Positions 23,034 to 29,907 of a stretch of 32,000 nt of DNA are shown here, one piece after another. This DNA comes from Candidatus Heimdallarchaeota archaeon (GTDB lineage: Archaea; Asgardarchaeota; Heimdallarchaeia; Heimdallarchaeales; Heimdallarchaeaceae), in NCBI GenBank assembly GCA_030668875.1, contig DAOVER010000008.1:1-32000 (forward strand), written 5' to 3'. Numbering within the stretch: position 1 is the first letter of the stretch; every line of letters begins with the position of its first letter. The position numbers and the translations under genes were made by a program. A model generated the notes under the pieces. That model did no database searches and had not been told where the DNA came from. It saw only the letters and a list, made by a program, of their open reading frames with translations.

Positions 23034-23729
23034 GAAGAAATTGGCTTCTTTCAGCTTGAATAATCCCTGTTGTAGCAGTTATCTCTTAAACACCAAAAAA
23101 TGTACGACAAACTTATTATATCAGAGACATCTTTTACTGAAATCGGTGATTATTAGACAACTAAAGTAGAAAAAATAAAAAAACCAAAAGGTGAAGACAA
23201 CTTCTTCGAAGATATTTTTGACTCATTTAAACAAGCTATAATCTTGCTTGTTATGCTTATAATCTATAATCTCATACCATTGGGGATTGCATTTGGTGGT
23301 TACTACTGGGCCTATATGTCAACAGCATTTACCACAGGCTATACAGATCTATTGAACCTAATCACTGGCATGCTAAGTGATCCCGCAAGTATTCTTTCAA
23401 CAACACTTGAATGGGGGCACTATATCATGGCAGTTGCAGCTATCTTAGCAATAGTTAGTACAGCTGCGGCATTCTTGTTCACTGCATCTCGCAATGATAA
23501 AATAGCTAAACCAGTAAGTTTCTTCAAAGGTTTCCTTGGAGCTTGGGGAATACTATTCACATATGCGATACTATTGGCAATCTTAGGAACAATATACTTC
23601 GTAATCGGCATGTATGTAACAAATGCTCTAGTAGTTAACATTGTATCAATTGTTATTTATGTTTTAGCAGCATTTGTTCCTCTAGCAATGGTGTTCAGAG
23701 TAATAGATTATCTTTTAGAATTAGAGTAA
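23030..23729 (+). pseudogene. Probably degraded membrane-protein gene; 23244-23729 is its intact 3' part
   Basis: The frame of the 161 aa hydrophobic ORF continues upstream to ATG 23100 through a single TAG (23154-23156). Further upstream, ATG 23030 starts a signal-peptide-like frame MRRNWLLSA*IIPVVAVIS*. Confidence 0.5.
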
Positions 23730-23795
23730 ATAATTTTACTCTTTTCATTCATTTTTTTCAAAACATTTATTTTTGACTACATTGCAGTGATAGTT

Positions 23796-24006
23796 ATGCT
23801 AAAATTTATAGCTAAGATTTGTGAAACTTGTCATCAAAAAAAACCAAGAAATTATAGACAGGATTTTTTCCGAACATTATAAGGTCCGAAGCTGGCATTC
23901 ATGTGAGATTTGTAAAGAAAAAACTCATTGGGAATTTTCAAATGAGTATGAATCTGAGCTAGAGTTCAAAGAAGCAGAACAGAAGTATCAAACTCTTATG
24001 GGTTGA
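23796..24006 (+). pseudogene. Small CxxC...CxxC zinc-ribbon protein split by a frameshift in an A8 run
   Basis: ATG 23796 reads MLKFIAKICETCHQK, A8 at 23836-23843, and the next frame reads NQEIIDRIFSEHYKVRSWHSCEICKEKTHWEF...LMG*. Removing one A gives one 69 aa ORF. Confidence 0.65.
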
Positions 24007-24018
24007 CCTTACATCTAT

Positions 24019-26160
24019 TTGGTTGATTTAAAGAAAATACAGTTTTTTCGACATAAGATTTATTATTTGAAGAACATACAAAATTATGTGAAAACCTTTG
24101 ATTATGAAGAGAATCTTGTAGAATCTCTTCTTTGTAAATTGAAGCTTAAGGAAAAATTCCAGTTGCTAACTGGTTATTTCTTTTTTCAAACACACACTGT
24201 TCCCAGATTGGGTATTAAAACTTTCAAGATTACAGACGGTCCTCTTGGTATCTCTCAACATTCAAGTTTTCTTCGAAAAAACACCTATTTTCCTGCAGGA
24301 ATAAACCTTGCTGCCGCATGGAATAGAGAACTAGCTTATGAATGTGGTGAGGCTATAGGAAAAGAAGCAAGAGCAATTGGAAGGTCATGTGTTCTAGGTC
24401 CAGGGATTAATATCGGAAGAACACCTTTCAATGGTCGTACATATGAATATTATAGCGAGGATCCATACCTAACTAAAGAAATGTCTATCCCGTTTGTTAA
24501 GGGAGTACAAAGTCAAAAAATCGCTGCATGTCCTAAACATTATGTAGCAAATAACCAAGAAACCGATAGATATACAGTAAGTGTAGAAGTTGATGAACGA
24601 ACATTGCATGAAGTTTATCTAAGAGCTTTCAAGGATACAGTTGAAGAAGCAGATCCATGGACTATAATGTCTTCATATAATCTCGTTAATTCAGAATATG
24701 TTCATGAGAGCTCAAAATTATTAAAAGAGATTTTAATTGAAAGATGGGGATTCTCAGGTTTTGTGATGACTGACTGGTGGGCAACAGCTAAAGGGGATAG
24801 TAAGAATAAAGAACCTTCGCAATCCCCACCTGAAATAGCAGTCAAAGCTGGTTTATCACTTGAAATGCCTAAAGGTTACCTTTATGAGCACAAACGACTT
24901 GAGGAAGCATATAGGAGCAAGAAATTTACAGAAAAAGATATTGATGAATTAGTAAGAAGAATCTTGCATGTTTATGTGAAAGTAGGCATGTTTGAAAAGA
25001 AAAAATTATTACCTAAGGGGGAACGAAATACAAAAAAACATCAAAATTTAGCACGAAGAATGTCAGAGGAAGGGATTGTTCTTCTGAAAAATCAAAATAG
25101 CATTCTACCACTAGATTCTGACAAAATCAAGACATTAACTGTTTTAGGATCTAACGCTAACAAAAAGTTTGGCAAATTACTATATGGTGGAGCTGCTGCA
25201 GTTACTCCTCCATATGAGATAACAGCTTTAAAGGGGCTCAAAGAAAAATGCAAAGGAAAAATTCTGATAACAGAAAATCCATCTGACTCGGATTATGTTC
25301 TTCTATTCATGGGGTTAAATCACGATTCACCCAAGAAAATAATGAGTGATAAAACCATAGAAGAAGGAATTGAATTCGGAAATGAATCAGAGAAAATGGA
25401 TAGGAAGCAATTTGGTTTATCCAAATCACAAATAAATCTGATTAAGAAAACAGTAACAATTAATCCTAACACAATTGTGATTCTTATAAATGGGAGTCCT
25501 ATTGCGATGGACGATTGGTTAGAAAACGTCCCAGCTGTTCTTGAAGTATGGTATCCAGGGATGGAGGGGGGAAGAGCTATAGCAGATGTTCTATTTGGTG
25601 ACGTTAATCCCTCAGGGAAACTACCTATGACTTTTCCAAAGAAGATAGAAGATTGCCCTGCTCACAAATCCGAGAGAACCTTTCCAGGAGTAGATCTCAA
25701 GGTTTACTATGAAGAAGGGATTTATGTAGGTTACAAACACTATGATAAAAAAAATATCAACCCACTATTTCCATTTGGGTTTGGTCTTTCATATACTGAG
25801 TTCAAATTTGAAGAAGTTGAAACTACTAATAAGAAAATAAAGACAATACATGGAACATTAGAGATTAATGTAAAAATAACTAATGTTGGAAATAGAGCTG
25901 GGAGCGAAGTTATTCAGGTTTATTCTGAAGATGTAAAAAGTTCAGTTGATCGACCAAAGATAGAACTGGTTGGGTTTGAAAAAGTGTTCCTAGAACCCAA
26001 AGAAACACAAATTGTCCCCATTGAAATTAAAGGTAAGGATTTAGCTTTCTATGATGTTTCAAGCGATGGTTGGAACTTAGAAAAAGGAGATTTTATCCTA
26101 CATATAGGTAGTTCTTCAAGAGACTTTCATCTAGAAGAAAAGATAACTGTAATTAACTAA
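24019..26160 (+). CDS. Beta-glucosidase, glycoside hydrolase family 3 with C-terminal Fn3-like domain
   Basis: DGPLGI, LGPGINIGRTPFNGRTYEYYSEDP, ACPKHYVAN, FVMTDW (nucleophile), IVLLKN, VWYPGMEGG, PSGKLPMTF and PFGFGLSYT motifs. Start uncertain (TTG 24019 or GTG 24088). Confidence 0.93.
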   Translation: MVDLKKIQFFRHKIYYLKNIQNYVKTFDYEENLVESLLCKLKLKEKFQLLTGYFFFQTHTVPRLGIKTFKITDGPLGISQHSSFLRKNTYFPAGINLAAAWNRELAYECGEAIGKEARAIGRSCVLGPGINIGRTPFNGRTYEYYSEDPYLTKEMSIPFVKGVQSQKIAACPKHYVANNQETDRYTVSVEVDERTLHEVYLRAFKDTVEEADPWTIMSSYNLVNSEYVHESSKLLKEILIERWGFSGFVMTDWWATAKGDSKNKEPSQSPPEIAVKAGLSLEMPKGYLYEHKRLEEAYRSKKFTEKDIDELVRRILHVYVKVGMFEKKKLLPKGERNTKKHQNLARRMSEEGIVLLKNQNSILPLDSDKIKTLTVLGSNANKKFGKLLYGGAAAVTPPYEITALKGLKEKCKGKILITENPSDSDYVLLFMGLNHDSPKKIMSDKTIEEGIEFGNESEKMDRKQFGLSKSQINLIKKTVTINPNTIVILINGSPIAMDDWLENVPAVLEVWYPGMEGGRAIADVLFGDVNPSGKLPMTFPKKIEDCPAHKSERTFPGVDLKVYYEEGIYVGYKHYDKKNINPLFPFGFGLSYTEFKFEEVETTNKKIKTIHGTLEINVKITNVGNRAGSEVIQVYSEDVKSSVDRPKIELVGFEKVFLEPKETQIVPIEIKGKDLAFYDVSSDGWNLEKGDFILHIGSSSRDFHLEEKITVIN

Positions 26161-26231
26161 AAACACAATTAGATTTTAGAGGTTATTTTGAATACAACCA
26201 ACCTAAGAAGTGCTTGAAATAAAATAACCCT

Positions 26232-26238
26232 TTTATAA
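26232..26238 (+). promoter_or_regulatory. Archaeal TATA box of the HAD gene
   Basis: TTTATAA at -28 to -22 from ATG 26260, preceded by an A-rich BRE-like stretch. Confidence 0.5.
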
Positions 26239-26259
26239 AACTAATAAAATCTACAATTG

Positions 26260-26991
26260 ATGAAATCTTTCCAGGTCATTGACACACTTCTTTTTGATAT
26301 GGATGGTACTCTTACAGACTTAGGGAAGAGATGGTGGGAACCTTTCTTCAGAGCTTTTGATAAATTAAAACCTAACTATGATCAACAGATAAAGCAAGAA
26401 GTTTTTGAAAAAGTCTTATCAAGAGTAATGGAAACAGGGATAGGAAGCGCTAAAATCTTAATATTGAAAATATTTCTTAAAGCAATTAAGGATTCAAAAG
26501 CTTCCCTGTTGGATATTTATAGACTTTTGAAGATGGTTAGAAAAGATCCTTTAGCGTTCAAAGAACTTGTTCCCATTGAAGGTGTTGCGGAAGTATTAGA
26601 GACTCTTCAATCACGTGGATACAAGATGGCTTTAGTAACTAACGCTGGAGATAAAACGGTTAACAGAGCTAAAAAGGTTTTGGACATTCTGAATAAATTC
26701 GATTTTATCGTTACACGAAATTCTGTTAAAAAAATTAAACCCTATCCAGAACCCATTCTTCTTGTATGTGAGGCTCTAAATAAACAACCAGGAACATGTG
26801 CGATGATAGGAGATTTTCCTCAAGATATCAGAGCAGGAAAAGCAGCAGGCACCAAAACTGTCGCAATTTTAGGAGTAAATGCCAAATACACACAAGATAA
26901 GATTAAAGAATTAGAACCAGATGTAACATTATTTTCAATAGGTGAATTACTTCATCTATTTCCAGGACCAGAACTCAATAATTTAGGATAG
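26260..26991 (+). CDS. HAD-superfamily hydrolase (phosphoglycolate-phosphatase-like)
   Basis: FDMDGTL (motif I), LVTNA (II), KPYPEP (III), MIGDFPQDI (IV). Confidence 0.92.
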   Translation: MKSFQVIDTLLFDMDGTLTDLGKRWWEPFFRAFDKLKPNYDQQIKQEVFEKVLSRVMETGIGSAKILILKIFLKAIKDSKASLLDIYRLLKMVRKDPLAFKELVPIEGVAEVLETLQSRGYKMALVTNAGDKTVNRAKKVLDILNKFDFIVTRNSVKKIKPYPEPILLVCEALNKQPGTCAMIGDFPQDIRAGKAAGTKTVAILGVNAKYTQDKIKELEPDVTLFSIGELLHLFPGPELNNLG

Positions 26992-27210
26992 AATCAAACT
27001 CATAATTGTTTCATACTTAATTTGATAATTAAACAATAAAACTATATCTTGTACCAGATTAACAGGAAAGTAGAAATAGAAAACAATTGCTGCACACACA
27101 TTCACCATGCGGTTTAAGATAGTAATATATATACCCCAGCAACAACTGGAATTGAACTTTGTGAAAAAAGAGGGTTCCATTGCTTTGATATCTTCTAAAC
27201 AGGTGATACC

Positions 27211-28248
27211 TTGACACAAGATACTAAACCATCAACTAGAGAAGTACTTACAAATGCAACTTTTATGGTTCTGTTTGCAGCACAATTTACTGAGAATATA
27301 GGTAGATCAATTTCGGGTTTAGCACTAGAATTTCTTATCTTTGGGCTTACTGAAAGTCCGTTGTTAATGGGGGTTCTCTCAATAATATGGTTACTTCCTT
27401 TTGTCATACTAGCACCAATAGCTGGAGCGCTAGCTGATAGATTTGATCAACGAAAACTTATGTTTTATTCCAATATTGTAAGTGCTATTGCATCACTAGG
27501 TTTTGTAATTATCTATTTATTCAATGATCAGTTAACACAAATACATTATTCGGTTGGACAACCTGTTCTAAATTACCTGAATGTAGCTGGACAGCCCATA
27601 CCAAATTACCTTCATGTTCTTTGGCCCTTATTCGTTCTTTGTTTCATAAATTCCTCATCAGCAGCATTCTTCTTCCCTTCAAGAAACGCATATACTCGAT
27701 TAATAGTTAAGAAAAAGAATCTACTAATAGCTAATTCAGTAGGATCCTCGGTTTTTCAAGTCGCAACAATTATTGGATTTGTTCTTGCAGGATTATTAGC
27801 TGCTAAAAGTTATTTGTTAAGTTTCATAGGTGATGCATCAACTTTCGCTGTATCAGGTATTTTGATAGGTGTCATTTTCTTCATAGGTAAGAAGTCCCCT
27901 GAGGTTGTAAGAGAGAAAAGCAAAAACATTAAGCAGGAAATGAAACAATTTAAGGAGGATATTGCAGTTGGGTATCGAACAATTCGCAAGCATCCCAAAA
28001 TATCTTACATGCTCTTAGTTTTCTCTTTCATTACCTTTTCATTTGGAGCTATTAGTGTTCTCTTCATTGTAATTCTTCAAGGTGAAATGGGGTTAGGTCA
28101 GACGTGGTACGGAATATAGCAAGCTTTAATGGGAACTTCTGGAATTATTACAGCTGTAACCCTTATGCGAATAGGGAGAATAAAACGCAAAATACTACTT
28201 CTAAATATCACTTTTAGTGCGGTAACGCACGTTATGAAACTTGGTTAA
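27211..28248 (+). pseudogene. Truncated MFS transporter (H+ antiporter/MefA-like)
   Basis: TTG start after AGGTGA; PIAGALADRFDQRKL motif A. In-frame TAG at 28117-28119, after which the frame stays MFS-like (QALMGTSGIITAVTLMRIGRIKRKILLLNITFSAV) until about 28222. The last helices are missing. Confidence 0.8.
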
Positions 28249-28500
28249 ACTTGCCAGAGGCGGTCTAACCGTCGTTTAAGTGGGTCCCCTCACGTGCGTT
28301 GAGGGGAAGAATCATGAGAATCATGAGTGGGGAAGGAAGGAAGGGAGTGCGCATTTACTCCGACAACATTCCTGCCATTGCGCATCGTGCTGTATGGTTC
28401 AAACTTTATTAACTGAGGGACAAGTGTTCAAACACTTGCGAACCATAAATATTGCGAGTTTTCGCCAAGCACTACCCATATATCAGCACTTTCCTATATA
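28220..28500. other. GC-rich, highly structured segment at the junction of two broken genes
   Basis: 63/120 G+C by hand count at 28261-28380, versus about one third in a sampled flanking line. Multiple perfect stems and short tandem repeats. Confidence 0.6.
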
Positions 28501-28513
28501 AACTCGTAGAAAA

Positions 28514-29713
28514 ATGGAAGAAAATTGGGATGATCCAGAAGATCACATCATCAAATATGCTGTTCCAGCAGATCTCAAAGAACCTAATTACTATGTGCTT
28601 TCATCATATTATGATTTACAATGGATGCAAGGTGTATATGGTTCTCCTGCTAAACGTGCCCCAGATACACACGTATGGGAGACTGAAATAGGTAGTAGTT
28701 GGACTGTCTCCGATATTATCAATGACAAAATTAACATTTCACTAACACTAGATCCCAATGCTAGATTTAGCAATGGTGACTATGTCTTGCCTTCAGATGT
28801 TGAATACAGCTATAAGTTACATATGACTCCTGCTGTTGGCTCTGGTTCATACGGAACTTATACATACTGGTTTGCTTCAAATGATTCAATTTCAGTTGTT
28901 GGTCCTGATGTGGCCGGTGGAGAACTTCTCTTCGAATTAACTGGTGTTTTCAATTTAGCTGAAAGCCTTCTATACAACCCTCTTATTCAAAAGACAACTG
29001 TTGAAGCAGCTATCAGCGCACATGGTTATGATATATTCAACGAAGTTCCATTAGACCCAGGATCAAATGTAGGTGACGCTCTAGTCATGTCTTGTGGTCC
29101 GATGATGTTAGCAGATTATGATCCAGTACTAAGTGTTGCACATTGCGTACCTAATCCATATTGGCATGGAACACCTTTAGTTCTGGAAGATTTCTATCTT
29201 ACCTACATTTCTGGTAAAGATAGTGCTGTTGCTTCATTAATTGCGGGTGAAATCGACATTATGGATGCACAATACTTCCCGGACCTATCTGATTTTGAAG
29301 GTGTTGCAAGTATTGAAGGTGTTTTAGTTAAAGACCCTTCACACCAGGAAATGTCAATTAATATGAAACATCCCGTCATGGGAACAGGAGAATTAACTCC
29401 AGTAGGAACTGCAGAAGCAGTTAAATTTATTAGACAAGCAATCAGTCATGCAACTCCTCGTGATATTATCGTTGACGAGATTTTGAATGGTCTTGGTGCT
29501 CCAGCTACAACTTCTGTACCTGATTCAGTCGTCGGTTATGATGCTACACTTGAACCATACACCTACGACTTAGATGTTGCTCGCTCTTTAGTTGAAGATG
29601 CTGGATTCCAAATAATATTTGAAATTCCAACAGAGGTTGGTGTTACTGGTCTAGTCTTTCTATCCTTCCTAGGATTAGCTGCTATGTTAGCTTTCAAGAA
29701 ATATAAAAATTAA
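28514..29713 (+). CDS. C-terminal part of a family 5 (peptide) ABC substrate-binding protein with C-terminal membrane anchor; 5'-truncated
   Basis: LDPNARFSNG..VLPSDVEYS, MSCGPMML, ASLIAGEIDIMD, INMKHP, IRQAISHATPRD.IV..IL.G and PYTYDLDVARSL motifs; C-terminal VTGLVFLSFLGLAAMLAFKKYKN. No signal peptide; in-frame TAA at 28499-28501. Confidence 0.8.
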   Translation: MEENWDDPEDHIIKYAVPADLKEPNYYVLSSYYDLQWMQGVYGSPAKRAPDTHVWETEIGSSWTVSDIINDKINISLTLDPNARFSNGDYVLPSDVEYSYKLHMTPAVGSGSYGTYTYWFASNDSISVVGPDVAGGELLFELTGVFNLAESLLYNPLIQKTTVEAAISAHGYDIFNEVPLDPGSNVGDALVMSCGPMMLADYDPVLSVAHCVPNPYWHGTPLVLEDFYLTYISGKDSAVASLIAGEIDIMDAQYFPDLSDFEGVASIEGVLVKDPSHQEMSINMKHPVMGTGELTPVGTAEAVKFIRQAISHATPRDIIVDEILNGLGAPATTSVPDSVVGYDATLEPYTYDLDVARSLVEDAGFQIIFEIPTEVGVTGLVFLSFLGLAAMLAFKKYKN

Positions 29714-29723
29714 CATACCCAAA

Positions 29724-29760
29724 TGCTTTTTCTTTTTTTCTTTTTTTTTCCCCCTTTTTT
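29724..29760 (+). terminator. Oligo(T) archaeal-type terminator
   Basis: CTTTTTCTTTTTTTCTTTTTTTTTCCCCTTTTTT-like T-tract right after the stop at 29713. Confidence 0.55.
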
Positions 29761-29907
29761 CCTAATTCTCCTTTACAGCTGCTATTAGAACCATTTCGCT
29801 CTATGCTTGATGAATTACTATTTTTGACTTCTTCTGCCACAGAGGAACATTTTAAAATCTGTGAAAATTCTCTATTCGTGATTATAGAAGCTATTGGTGT
29901 CAAATAG

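Noticed and set aside
27107-27214. 35-codon ORF (MRFKIVIYIPQQ...) whose TGA overlaps the MFS TTG start
   Set aside because: Too short, no motif and no RBS; may be chance or a decayed remnant.
28412-28445. Hammerhead-like CTGA...stem...GAAC, and group II intron-like GTGCG words in the insert
   Set aside because: The core does not fit CUGANGA/GAAA, and no convincing domain V is present.
29803-29907. 34-codon ORF in frame just before atpI, considered as ATPase subunit H/G
   Set aside because: Too short and lacks the charged helical composition of stalk subunits.
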